A stretch of 64,000 bases of DNA. Origin: a virus. Lineage: Duplodnaviria; Caudoviricetes. The stretch lies in IMG/VR virus record IMGVR_UViG_3300034071_000801, positions 47,405-111,404 of that record; one strand, written 5' to 3'. The notes beneath the pieces were generated by a model. It searched no databases. It was not told where the DNA came from and was given only the letters and a program-made list of their open reading frames with translations. The position numbers were made by a program, and so were the translations under genes. Below are positions 16,259-25,772 of the stretch, in pieces (position 1 is the stretch's first letter; the number at the start of each line of letters is the position of its first letter).

Positions 16259-16774
16259 TTAAACAGCAATGAGGTCTTCGAAATTGATTGCTCTTTTAGC
16301 AACTTCTTTCTTAAGCATATCGTCTGTGATATTAGTTCTTGTGCTTGACATGTCTGTTGCACCTGTGAAACCAATAGAATAAAGAACCAATTGTTTTTCC
16401 TCTCCTGTTTCTTCGTCTATTACCATGTAAGGCTGACCAAAGTTTGCGTCATTCTCGTCTGTAATAGTTTGAGGAAGTTCAAGGATTGGTAATGTAGCAA
16501 CATTCTCCAATCTTTCTTTCAACTCGCTTGCTGAAGATGATTCACGCAACCAATCTCCTACAGGTTTAGAACAATTAACGTATTCATAATCTCCTGCTTT
16601 ATTAACAAGTTTGATAGAAACTTTCTTTAACACTTTAACACCATTAACAATGGTGCCTTTGAAATTCTTTTCGCTTGCTAATTCGTGGTAACCGTCTTTA
16701 CCTACAAATTCTGCAACTGTACCAATAGTTGCCAATGTGCTTACTCTTTCTGAAGCTTTTTTAAATTTTAACAT
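16259..16774 (-). CDS. Hypothetical (probably early) protein
   Basis: 171 aa stand-alone ORF with A-rich leader and downstream hairpin. Confidence 0.75.
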   Translation of the reverse strand: MLKFKKASERVSTLATIGTVAEFVGKDGYHELASEKNFKGTIVNGVKVLKKVSIKLVNKAGDYEYVNCSKPVGDWLRESSSASELKERLENVATLPILELPQTITDENDANFGQPYMVIDEETGEEKQLVLYSIGFTGATDMSSTRTNITDDMLKKEVAKRAINFEDLIAV

Positions 16775-16882
16775 GATTTCTGTATTTTAATTATTAATTT
16801 ATAATGAGTTATTTACTCCGAATGTAAAAAGGGTTTTGGGATGGAATCCCAAATAGGGTATTGATGGAATCAATAACGTCTG

Positions 16883-17110
16883 TTACAACGCTATTAATTC
16901 CATAAGATTATTATTATAAGTTTGAAAGGTTATTAAGCCTGATTCAAACACCACGATTCCTGTAACCATTTGTCTATTGTTATTAACAACAGCTCTGAAT
17001 GGTAATTCAGGAATCTCCAATCCTAATGGATGTGAGTATTCAACACCATTGATGTCAAACAATCTGTTTGCGTGATTAGGATCACGATCATAAATCTCAA
17101 CTATCTTCAT
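16883..17110 (-). CDS. Hypothetical protein, first gene of the leftward arm
   Basis: 75 aa, ATG start. Confidence 0.65.
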   Translation of the reverse strand: MKIVEIYDRDPNHANRLFDINGVEYSHPLGLEIPELPFRAVVNNNRQMVTGIVVFESGLITFQTYNNNLMELIAL

Positions 17111-17448
17111 AGTGATAAGTATTAAAGATTAATAATAATAATAATTCTTTTTGATTAGATTACATTCTACTTTAGAACATTGCTGTTCACAGGAATCTGA
17201 TACCTGCTAATCAAAAAGAATAAAGATAAGAATGACTGACTACCATTCTGTGTACCGTTGAGCAGGTTGAAGCTATCTGTGTTTTTCTTCAGCAGACAAA
17301 GGTTGCATTTTGGATTGCAACTACCATTGAGTATCAATGGGGGAATACCCCAACCACTCAATTTGTAATGGGGGTTTTGATTTGGAGTGGTCAACACCAG
17401 CACACACATGGGGGGTATTCATATTTTGAAAAAAAAATTTAAAAAAAA

Positions 17449-17481
17449 TTTGGTGGCTAAGCAAAATATGTTATACCTTTG
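17449..17481 (+). promoter_or_regulatory. Bacteroidota sigma-A promoter for the rightward (packaging/structural) arm
   Basis: TTTG-N21-TACCTTTG with upstream A-tracts; a second -7 element TATCTTTG at 17582-17589. Confidence 0.7.
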
Positions 17482-17614
17482 GGGTGGTGGTTGGGCGAGG
17501 TTATCTAGTACAGCTATATAGAAAAACTTCATAATATAGCATTGCAAAATAAAAAAGTATACATTGTATGTGTTTATTGTATATCTTTGTCATATGATTA
17601 GATAAAACTACATT

Positions 17615-18013
17615 ATGAAACCAATGATTATACAAAAACTGAAGAAGAATGTTTCTACAGACATTCAATTAGCTGAGAAGTATTATAGTATACTATCAGC
17701 TATTAACAATCTTCATCTAACAGAAAGAGAAATTCAATTGATATCTTTTACAGCTATTAAAGGGAACATTACATATGCTAATGTAAGAGAAGAATTCTGC
17801 AGAACATATAATAGTACATCTCCTTCTATCAACAACATCATCTCCAAGTTAAAGCGATTAGGTATATTTATTAAGGAGAATGGAAAGGTGAAGGTGAATC
17901 CAATCATTGTTATAGATTTCAACAAGGATTTAACATTAGAAATAAAACTAGTACATGAAGAAGCCAATATCAATGTCAGTGAAGGAGTGGATCATCAAGA
18001 GGATGGCAATTAA
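17615..18013 (+). CDS. Putative winged-helix DNA-binding protein
   Basis: LTEREIQLI...SINNIISKLKRLGIF pattern. Confidence 0.55.
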   Translation: MKPMIIQKLKKNVSTDIQLAEKYYSILSAINNLHLTEREIQLISFTAIKGNITYANVREEFCRTYNSTSPSINNIISKLKRLGIFIKENGKVKVNPIIVIDFNKDLTLEIKLVHEEANINVSEGVDHQEDGN

Positions 18014-18317
18014 CATGGTTATATCAGAGAAGATAATTGATCAAGTCATAAATCATCAGTTTGATTCTGCCAATGATGCTCTTAACACAAATGAAAGTGT
18101 AGAGATTTCTGGATTTGGGAAGTTCTTCTTTAATGCAAAAAAAGCCAATACACATTATAATAAGTTGCTACAGATAAGACAAGCTTATGAGAATACATTA
18201 GCTGATCAATCTATTACAGATAAGAAAAGACATTCTACAGAATTAAGAATGATAACAGTGTTAAATGATATCAAAATATTAAAACCAAAAATCAATGAGC
18301 CTAAGTCAGATATATGA
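17955..18317 (+). CDS. HU/IHF-like DNA-binding protein
   Basis: ALNTNESVEISGFGKF matches the HU/IHF signature. Confidence 0.7.
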   Translation: MKKPISMSVKEWIIKRMAINMVISEKIIDQVINHQFDSANDALNTNESVEISGFGKFFFNAKKANTHYNKLLQIRQAYENTLADQSITDKKRHSTELRMITVLNDIKILKPKINEPKSDI

Positions 18318-18567
18318 AGGATGGAAGAATCATCTTCTTCCTGAAGAGAGAACAAAAGCTTTTATAGAACATGTTAGCAATGAAAGACTTGCTATATGCG
18401 AAGCATGTGAAGAACATTCTTCTAAACATAAGCATATGAGAATAGATGTACATTGTCATAATTGTGGATGTACATTATCAGCAAAAACTAAATGTTTAAC
18501 TTGTGAATGTCCATTGAAGAAATGGATGGCTACAGAAATACCAACAGAAGATGTTAAGACTACGTAA
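18295..18567 (+). CDS. Cys-rich zinc-binding protein
   Basis: RLAICEACE...CHNCGC...CECPLKKW. Confidence 0.75.
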   Translation: MSLSQIYEGWKNHLLPEERTKAFIEHVSNERLAICEACEEHSSKHKHMRIDVHCHNCGCTLSAKTKCLTCECPLKKWMATEIPTEDVKTT

Positions 18568-18841
18568 AATACCATTGCAGCCCCTTATTGAAATCTTACA
18601 AGATCTTTATGATAGTGGAGCAGATTTTATTGATTTGTCAGGAGAGCAGAGTGATGAAGGTGATGCACCAAAAGACACTATACAGATTACAATCAAACCT
18701 GAATATATGCTACATGATGAAAGGGATGATAACGATGATGATGAAGAAGACCAGAATATAGAAATAGATTATTCTGATGATGATGTTCCAAGCACTATCA
18801 GAAAGAGTCTTTCTGAAGATGATATAAATGATCTTATATAA
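18551..18841 (+). CDS. Hypothetical acidic protein
   Basis: 96 aa, overlapping operon. Confidence 0.7.
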   Translation: MLRLRKIPLQPLIEILQDLYDSGADFIDLSGEQSDEGDAPKDTIQITIKPEYMLHDERDDNDDDEEDQNIEIDYSDDDVPSTIRKSLSEDDINDLI

Positions 18842-19107
18842 TGGCAGCAATAAACTACTATAATCAAATCATTCAGACATTAAAACGTTTGAGAAAATCC
18901 CATACTACATACAATATGGGAAGACATATTTCTACAGCTATTGATGGCAGTGAATTATGGGGAGTGTCTGATAAAGAATTGTTTCTTTCTTTACAGAGAT
19001 ATGAGACAAGCCTTGATATGGATGTTGATCATAATGAAGAAGAAATAGAAGCCATTATAAAAGATGGCATGAATTTGGAGAGATTATTTGAAGAGGAGGA
19101 AGACTAA
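18841..19107 (+). CDS. Hypothetical protein
   Basis: 88 aa, coupled start/stop. Confidence 0.7.
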   Translation: MAAINYYNQIIQTLKRLRKSHTTYNMGRHISTAIDGSELWGVSDKELFLSLQRYETSLDMDVDHNEEEIEAIIKDGMNLERLFEEEED

Positions 19108-19117
19108 AACATACACA

Positions 19118-19450
19118 ATGGCAATAAAGAAAACTACATATATAAATACAGAACTTGATTGGGCTGAAGAACAATTATCAAGCTGGAAACAATACGTTGA
19201 TTTAAATCCTTTACATACATTAGAGGATAGAATCAAATGGAAAGAAACAAAAGCTGGTGGTGCTATGCCTATGGTGATTGCATCTATTGAAGCACAAGGG
19301 AAGTTTGTACAAGAGACAATGAAAAACTATCTAGCTTTATTAGAACAAGTTGAGAAGCTACGTGAAAAAGAAGAAGCAAAGGTGGTGCCTGTAAGAGGTG
19401 GTGTTGAGCTTGGTAGTATGGCAGAAGATTTCTTAAAGGGTAGAAGATAA
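19118..19450 (+). CDS. Hypothetical protein, candidate terminase small subunit
   Basis: Helical protein coupled to terL; likely start ATG 19118; function inferred from position only. Confidence 0.45.
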   Translation: MAIKKTTYINTELDWAEEQLSSWKQYVDLNPLHTLEDRIKWKETKAGGAMPMVIASIEAQGKFVQETMKNYLALLEQVEKLREKEEAKVVPVRGGVELGSMAEDFLKGRR

Positions 19451-21480
19451 TGATGATCGATGGCTTACAGAGTATTGAATACGGAGATTGGTTTATCAAT
19501 CAAAAGAGAGTTCCATCAAAGGATTCAGAAGAGTATAAAGCATTTTATGCTTTTCATAAACAACTATGTATTGATGGCTGTACAATGGGAGGAGTATATA
19601 TTAACCCTTTTCTATATTGGCATTTAAACTTCTGGAATACAGAGGTGGATATTATAGATGAGCGTGGAAGGATTAATCAGAAATATGCTAATCCATATCT
19701 ACGTGATAATGAGTGGATTATAACAAATGAAATAGATAGAGCACACAACGAAAAGAAAGGCCTAGTAATATTAGGCATTCGTCGTTTAGCTAAGTCAGTA
19801 ATTGAGAGTTCCTACATAGGTCATGGGGCAACATTCGATGAGAATTCCCAGAACATTATAGCAGGATTGAATGCTCCCGATATAAAGCTTATCACAGATA
19901 AGATTGACAAAGGATTAAACTTCCTACCTGAAGCCTGGAGATGGCAGAGAGTAGAAGACAACTGGAAAAACCAAGTTACATTAGGGATCAAGACAAAAGC
20001 AGGAGAGCGAATCCCCTTTTCTCAGATCCTTATTCGTAACTTAGATGGTGGTAATAATGAAGAGGCTATTGCAGGTACAAAACCTAGAAGGCTTATTATT
20101 GATGAGATAGGTAAGGGTAATTTCCTCAGAGGATTACAAGCTGCTACACCAGGTTTTACTACACCATTTGGTTGGGGATGTTCGCCTATACTTACAGGTA
20201 CAGGTGGAGATATGCAAAACTTTATGGATGCAAAAAGCTTAATGTTTGATGTAGCCAATTTCAACTTCCTAGAATATAATAGTGCAAAGGATGATCAAAG
20301 AATCCATGGACTATTCATTTCTCATAAGTATAGAATGGAAGCTAAAGAAGATTCTACATTAGGAGCCTATCTTGAACAACCAGCAGAATCAGAATTACAT
20401 AATGTAAAGATGCTAGTTTCTAATGAAGAGAAAGCAGATAAGATTACAAATGATAACCTTGACAGATTAAAGAAAGCTGGTGATAGACTAGCTTATTTAA
20501 AAGAGAAGATGTATTACCCACAAGAAGTGGATGATATATTCTTAAATGAGGATACGAACATATTTGATATTGAAGCATCTAAACGTCAGAAAGCCAGACT
20601 ATTAGCACAAGAAAGAACAGGAACTCCTGTTGTTTTATATGATGATGGTGATGGTGTAAAACATGAGTTTACAGATAAGGTGCCTATATCAAACTTCCCA
20701 CTTAAGAATAGTGATAACAAAGAAGCTCCTGTAGTAATATATGAGTTTCCTGTTGATAGTCCTCCATATGGATTATATGTTGCAGGGATTGACCCTTATA
20801 GACAAGGAAAATCTGCATACTCAAGCTCATTAGGATCTGTATACATATACAAACGTATGCATGCTATATCAGGAGAGAAGTATCAAGATATGTTTGTAGC
20901 TAGTTATTGTGCTAGGCCAGAGAAGAAAGAAACATGGGAAGAACAAGCTAGGTACTTAATCAAGTATTATAATGCTAGAGCTCTATGTGAGAATGATGAA
21001 ATATCTTTTATTGACTACATGATAGCCAAAGGAGATGCTCACTATCTAGAGAGACAACCAGATTGGTTAAAGGAAATAGTTCCAAACACCACTGTTAGAA
21101 GGGATTACGGAATACACAGATCTTCTGAGAAAATACGAGACTTTCTTCATGGATGTCTTAAGAAGTATACAGAAGAAGTGATACATACAGAGAAGGATGA
21201 AGATGGAAACATTAAATCTGAGACAAAAGGTATGGCCAAGATATTTGATCCTGTTCTTCTTGAAGAGATGATCCAATATAATGAATCAGGCAACTTTGAT
21301 AGAATCATTGCAGCTGAGTTAGCAATAGCTTTAGCAATGAAACTAGATCCTATTATGGGAAAAATAGGAGGAGAGCCAGATGTAAGAATACAATCAATGT
21401 TCAAGAAGAACAAAAAGAATACTCTGTTTACAGAAAGCAGATCAATGTTTAACACACCAAAAAATAAAATGTTTAGATAA
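19450..21480 (+). CDS. terL: Terminase large subunit
   Basis: Walker A-like GIRRLAKS, Walker B LIIDEIG, coupling motif TGTGG, nuclease YVAGIDPY and GNFDRI. Confidence 0.93.
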   Translation: MMIDGLQSIEYGDWFINQKRVPSKDSEEYKAFYAFHKQLCIDGCTMGGVYINPFLYWHLNFWNTEVDIIDERGRINQKYANPYLRDNEWIITNEIDRAHNEKKGLVILGIRRLAKSVIESSYIGHGATFDENSQNIIAGLNAPDIKLITDKIDKGLNFLPEAWRWQRVEDNWKNQVTLGIKTKAGERIPFSQILIRNLDGGNNEEAIAGTKPRRLIIDEIGKGNFLRGLQAATPGFTTPFGWGCSPILTGTGGDMQNFMDAKSLMFDVANFNFLEYNSAKDDQRIHGLFISHKYRMEAKEDSTLGAYLEQPAESELHNVKMLVSNEEKADKITNDNLDRLKKAGDRLAYLKEKMYYPQEVDDIFLNEDTNIFDIEASKRQKARLLAQERTGTPVVLYDDGDGVKHEFTDKVPISNFPLKNSDNKEAPVVIYEFPVDSPPYGLYVAGIDPYRQGKSAYSSSLGSVYIYKRMHAISGEKYQDMFVASYCARPEKKETWEEQARYLIKYYNARALCENDEISFIDYMIAKGDAHYLERQPDWLKEIVPNTTVRRDYGIHRSSEKIRDFLHGCLKKYTEEVIHTEKDEDGNIKSETKGMAKIFDPVLLEEMIQYNESGNFDRIIAAELAIALAMKLDPIMGKIGGEPDVRIQSMFKKNKKNTLFTESRSMFNTPKNKMFR

Positions 21481-21481
21481 C

Positions 21482-21727
21482 ATGGCAACAAAAAAATATT
21501 GGAAAGAACAATATGACTCAGTCATTAAAACTCATCATAAGTATAATGCAAAAGGTTATAGTTATAGAGAATTTTCAGAGTTTACAGATAAAGATAAAAA
21601 AGGATTATTAAGTTATTACACTACACAAAGTTTATTATCTTCAATAGAAGATGATGAAATGTTTAAAGTGGATTTACATATAATACCTTGTCCAGATTCT
21701 GAGTTATGTAATTTTTTACAATCATAA
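21482..21727 (+). CDS. Hypothetical protein between terL and portal
   Basis: 81 aa ORF filling the gap. Confidence 0.55.
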   Translation: MATKKYWKEQYDSVIKTHHKYNAKGYSYREFSEFTDKDKKGLLSYYTTQSLLSSIEDDEMFKVDLHIIPCPDSELCNFLQS

Positions 21728-21741
21728 TTAAATAAAATATA

Positions 21742-24327
21742 ATGGCAATAATTAGATATACAAAAGATGCTACTATTAGGTATGCATACTTAAACATCTT
21801 CCCTGATCAGTTTAAGACAGATAAGGAAAAACAAGATGAGAGTTGGATTAAGAATACGATGGATTATTTCTCCAATAAAGCATATGCTGAGTATATAAAG
21901 AACAGAGACACCTTTGTTCCTAATTACGATCTTATGAAAGGAATCCTTCGTATGGAAGATTTCTATCAAGAACCAGAAGTGAGAAGCTTTACAGATGTAC
22001 TTACAGGAGATTTAGAACTTCCTGCTTATGTAAAGATGTATTCGATTATCACCACTCCTGTTAATGAGCTCGTTGGTGAAATATCAAAGAGACCTGATAC
22101 ATTTAGAGTGAAGGCATTTGATGATGATAGTAAAGCAGAAGAGCTTCAGTTTAAAACAGATACATTACAAGAATATGTAATCAATCAAGTTAAGCAACAA
22201 TTAACTGAGAAAGCTGCAATGCAAGGACAAGAAATTGATCCAGAGCAATTGCAGCAAATGACAATGGAACAGGTTAAGGATGAGCTAGATAGCTATACAT
22301 CTGTTGCAGAGAAATGGGCTAACCATGTTCTTACATGTCAGAAAGCTGAGTTTGTACTTAAAGAAAAAAGTGAAGATGCATTTAGAGATCTTTTAATATC
22401 TGCTAGAGAATTCTATCACATATATGAAGACAATTCAAAACTTGGATTTAATATTGAAGTGGCTAATCCAAAGAATACATGGTTCTTAAGTACACCAGAT
22501 AGAAAATATATATCAGATCCATCAGGTAGAGCACAAGGAGCATATGCTGCTGGTACTGTGCAAGTTATGGAATTATCTGAAATTATTGAAGCTATTCCAG
22601 ATCTTACAAAAGAAGAAATAGATCACCTTAGATCATCTTTACAAGATTATGGATTGATTAATGTTAGAGAATCAAACCTTGGTAATCCAGATGCTGTTCC
22701 AGGACAAGACTCTGTTATGTATGATACATTTGATCCACTTGTTCTACAGACACGTATGATTATTGAATCAGAGATGAAAGAAAATAATGATGGCTTAAAA
22801 GATTTCTTGGGTCTTACTAATAATGTAAGTTCATTTGGTTATAAGTATGTTGTTGTAAGAAGCTATTGGATATCTAAAAAGAAAATTGGTAAGTTGATTT
22901 ATATAGATGAAATGGGTAATGAGCAATCTACACTTGTTGATGAATCATATAAATCAGGTACTATACCTACACAACAATCATTAGAGTGGGGATGGATTAA
23001 TGAATGGTATCAAGGAACAAAGATTGGTCCAGATATCTATCATATCAAACCATTCAAGTTATTAAATTATTGTCCTATAATAGGTACAACATATGAGGTG
23101 AAGAATACAGAAGCAAAAAGCTTAGTAGATCTTATGAAACCTTTCCAAGTGATTTATAATGTATGTATGAACCAATTATACAAACTACTTGAGAAAGAAG
23201 TTGGTAAGGTTCAACTTATGTCATTAAGACATGTTCCTATTCCTAAAGATGGAGATGCACAAGATGCTCTTGATATCTGGGAAATGGAAGCACGTAACAG
23301 AGGAGTGGTATTTATTGATGATAGTCCTGAAAACCTAAAGAGTCCTAGTTCATTTAATCAATTTACAGCTCTTGATCTTACACGTACACAAGAGATACAA
23401 TCTAGATATACATTAGCTCAACAAGTCAAACTTGAATGCTGGGAACTTGTAGGAATGTCTAAACAACGTATGGGAAGTGTATCTGCTTCTGAAAGTGCAA
23501 CAGGAACTAATACTGCGATGCAGCAGAGCTATTCTCAAACAGAGCCTCTTTTTGTAGCTCACGAGTATGTGCTTGGACAGCTGTATCAAAGTATTATAGA
23601 TGCTGCTCTTTATGTAGAATCATCAAAACCTCAGTCTACGCTTTCATACGTGACCTCTGAGGGACAATCTGCGTTTGTACAAGTGAATGGGTCAGATCTT
23701 AAATTTCGTGACTTAAAAGTGTTCCTAACAAACAGACCAGAAGATACGCAAATGTTTAATGAACTTAGACAATTATCTCAAGCTATTATTCAAAATGGTG
23801 GCACACTTTATGATGTAATAGAATTGTATTCTACTAAGTCTCAAAGAGAACTTAAGAAGGTATTTAAAGATCTTAGAGATAGACAAATTGCTCAACAAGA
23901 TCAACAACAACAACTTGCTCAGCAACAACAAGAAGCTCAACAACAACAAGCACAAGCTCAACAACAGTTCCTTATCCAACAACACCAAGAGCAATTGGCT
24001 CATGATGATTACCAAAAAGAACTTGATAGATTATCTAAAGAAAAGATTGCTATTATACAAGCTACAGGATTTGGTAATGTTGAATCAGAAGATACAAACG
24101 CAAATGCTATTCCTGATATAATGGAAATGAGTAGATTAGCTCATGACCAAGATAAAGCCACTAAAGATTATGGATTAAAGATGGCTGATATTCAATCTAA
24201 GAATAAAGAGAATAGTGATAAAATGTCTATAGAAAAAGAGAAACTTCAAGTGACTAGAGAAAATATGGCAAACGATCTTGCTGTTGCTAAAGAGAATGCT
24301 AAAGGCAGAAATAACAAAAAAGGTTAG
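21742..24327 (+). CDS. Portal protein
   Basis: 861 aa after terL; Q-rich C-terminal coiled coil; QRMG.VSASESAT motif; crAss-like synteny. Confidence 0.88.
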   Translation: MAIIRYTKDATIRYAYLNIFPDQFKTDKEKQDESWIKNTMDYFSNKAYAEYIKNRDTFVPNYDLMKGILRMEDFYQEPEVRSFTDVLTGDLELPAYVKMYSIITTPVNELVGEISKRPDTFRVKAFDDDSKAEELQFKTDTLQEYVINQVKQQLTEKAAMQGQEIDPEQLQQMTMEQVKDELDSYTSVAEKWANHVLTCQKAEFVLKEKSEDAFRDLLISAREFYHIYEDNSKLGFNIEVANPKNTWFLSTPDRKYISDPSGRAQGAYAAGTVQVMELSEIIEAIPDLTKEEIDHLRSSLQDYGLINVRESNLGNPDAVPGQDSVMYDTFDPLVLQTRMIIESEMKENNDGLKDFLGLTNNVSSFGYKYVVVRSYWISKKKIGKLIYIDEMGNEQSTLVDESYKSGTIPTQQSLEWGWINEWYQGTKIGPDIYHIKPFKLLNYCPIIGTTYEVKNTEAKSLVDLMKPFQVIYNVCMNQLYKLLEKEVGKVQLMSLRHVPIPKDGDAQDALDIWEMEARNRGVVFIDDSPENLKSPSSFNQFTALDLTRTQEIQSRYTLAQQVKLECWELVGMSKQRMGSVSASESATGTNTAMQQSYSQTEPLFVAHEYVLGQLYQSIIDAALYVESSKPQSTLSYVTSEGQSAFVQVNGSDLKFRDLKVFLTNRPEDTQMFNELRQLSQAIIQNGGTLYDVIELYSTKSQRELKKVFKDLRDRQIAQQDQQQQLAQQQQEAQQQQAQAQQQFLIQQHQEQLAHDDYQKELDRLSKEKIAIIQATGFGNVESEDTNANAIPDIMEMSRLAHDQDKATKDYGLKMADIQSKNKENSDKMSIEKEKLQVTRENMANDLAVAKENAKGRNNKKG

Positions 24328-24332
24328 AAAAC

Positions 24333-24356
24333 TTCTCCTCTTCGGAGGAGGATTTT
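24333..24356 (+). terminator. Intrinsic terminator
   Basis: TTCTCCTC-TTCG-GAGGAGGA-TTTT (cUUCGg loop). Confidence 0.7.
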
Positions 24357-24406
24357 ATATTAATGCTATATTATCAAGAAAATTGGATCACATTGATACA
24401 TAACTC

Positions 24407-24437
24407 TTTGATATTAGAAACTCTTATTATACTTTTA
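24407..24437 (+). promoter_or_regulatory. Putative sigma-A promoter for scaffold/capsid genes
   Basis: TTTG-N19-TACTTTTA. Confidence 0.45.
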
Positions 24438-24470
24438 CATAAATAAAACCAAACACAAATACAACTACAT

Positions 24471-25739
24471 ATGGCTGATAATTTAGATATAAGCAACTTT
24501 AGTATCCAAGATACTATGGAAATGGGAATGGGTAATCAAGAATTACTTCAGGGATTATTTGAACCTGAGACTGCTTCTAGCAATCCAGAAGATGTCACTG
24601 CAATTATTAAAGATGCAGATTCTCCTGCTGCACCTGCTACACCAGCAACTCCTAAAGGAAAGGACATTGTTCCTCCTAAGAGTGTTGATGGTAAAACAGA
24701 TGAAGAAAAACAAGAAGGGCAATCATTGATTGCTGATTTCTTTAGTGATGGTGATGATGATGATGATGACACACCTGCTCCAGTATCAAAACCTGCAAAA
24801 GCTGCAAGTGATGATACCACTGATGAAGATAATAGTGATGATGAACCACAAGGAACACAATTCACTGCTCTTGCAAATGATCTTTACAAACTAGGTGTAT
24901 TTACATCTGAGGATGATGATGAGCAAGGACCAGTAACCACTGCAGAAGAATTTCTAGAAAGATTCAATGATGAAAAGAAAAAAGGTGCTAGTGAAATAGT
25001 ACAAAACTTCATTGGACAATTTGGAGAAGACTATCAAGAAGCTTTTGATGCCATATTTGTAAAAGGAGTTAATCCAAAAGATTACTTCACTACATATAAC
25101 AATGTTGTTGGATTTGCTGAGATGGATCTTTCTGATGAGAACAATCAAGAAAGAATAATGAAGCAAGCATTGACTAATCAAGGATTTGAGCCAGATGATG
25201 TAGAAACAGAAATCGAAAGACTTAAAAACTACGGTGATTTAGAAAGTGTTGCAACAAAACATCATAAAGTATTAGTTAAAAAAGAAGCAGCTAAGTTACA
25301 AGACTTAGAAGCTAAGTCTGAATCTGAGTTAAGACAAAAAGCTCAAATCAGAAATCAATATATAGATAACGTGCAAACCATCTTACAAGATAAGGTGAAA
25401 GCAAAAGAGTTTGATGGTATTCCAATCAATCCAAAATTAGCAACAGAACTACAAGACTTCTTATTAGTTGATAAGTGGAAAACTCCAACAGGAGAAACCT
25501 TGACTGATTTTGATCGTGCTATTTTAGATCTTAAAAGACCAGAGAATCATGCACAAAAAGTTAAGGTGGGGCTTATTCTTAAAATGTTAGAAAAAGATCC
25601 TACATTATCAACTATACAAAGAACAGGCGTTACAAAGAAATCTAATGAACTGTTTGGAGAAGTTGCAAGACAAGTATCAAAAGCTAAAACAGCTGGACCT
25701 ACTACTGGTGGTGCTAATTCAAAATCATGGTTCTTATAA
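24471..25739 (+). CDS. Putative capsid scaffolding protein
   Basis: Acidic low-complexity N-half and helical C-half; between portal and capsid. Confidence 0.65.
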   Translation: MADNLDISNFSIQDTMEMGMGNQELLQGLFEPETASSNPEDVTAIIKDADSPAAPATPATPKGKDIVPPKSVDGKTDEEKQEGQSLIADFFSDGDDDDDDTPAPVSKPAKAASDDTTDEDNSDDEPQGTQFTALANDLYKLGVFTSEDDDEQGPVTTAEEFLERFNDEKKKGASEIVQNFIGQFGEDYQEAFDAIFVKGVNPKDYFTTYNNVVGFAEMDLSDENNQERIMKQALTNQGFEPDDVETEIERLKNYGDLESVATKHHKVLVKKEAAKLQDLEAKSESELRQKAQIRNQYIDNVQTILQDKVKAKEFDGIPINPKLATELQDFLLVDKWKTPTGETLTDFDRAILDLKRPENHAQKVKVGLILKMLEKDPTLSTIQRTGVTKKSNELFGEVARQVSKAKTAGPTTGGANSKSWFL

Positions 25740-25772
25740 CAAACAATAAATAATTAATAAAAACGAATAACA

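Noticed and set aside
17167-17409. 80-aa minus-strand ORF in the switch region
   Set aside because: Overlaps hairpins and G-runs, lacks the A-rich leader of real genes and has atypical composition
1322-21480. Inteins or introns in the DNA polymerase or terminase
   Set aside because: Both ORFs are continuous, of ordinary length, with normally spaced motifs and no intein termini recognised
23880-24000. CAA-rich repeat in the portal gene as a microsatellite or contingency locus
   Set aside because: Encodes the Gln-rich coiled-coil barrel usual for podovirus portals
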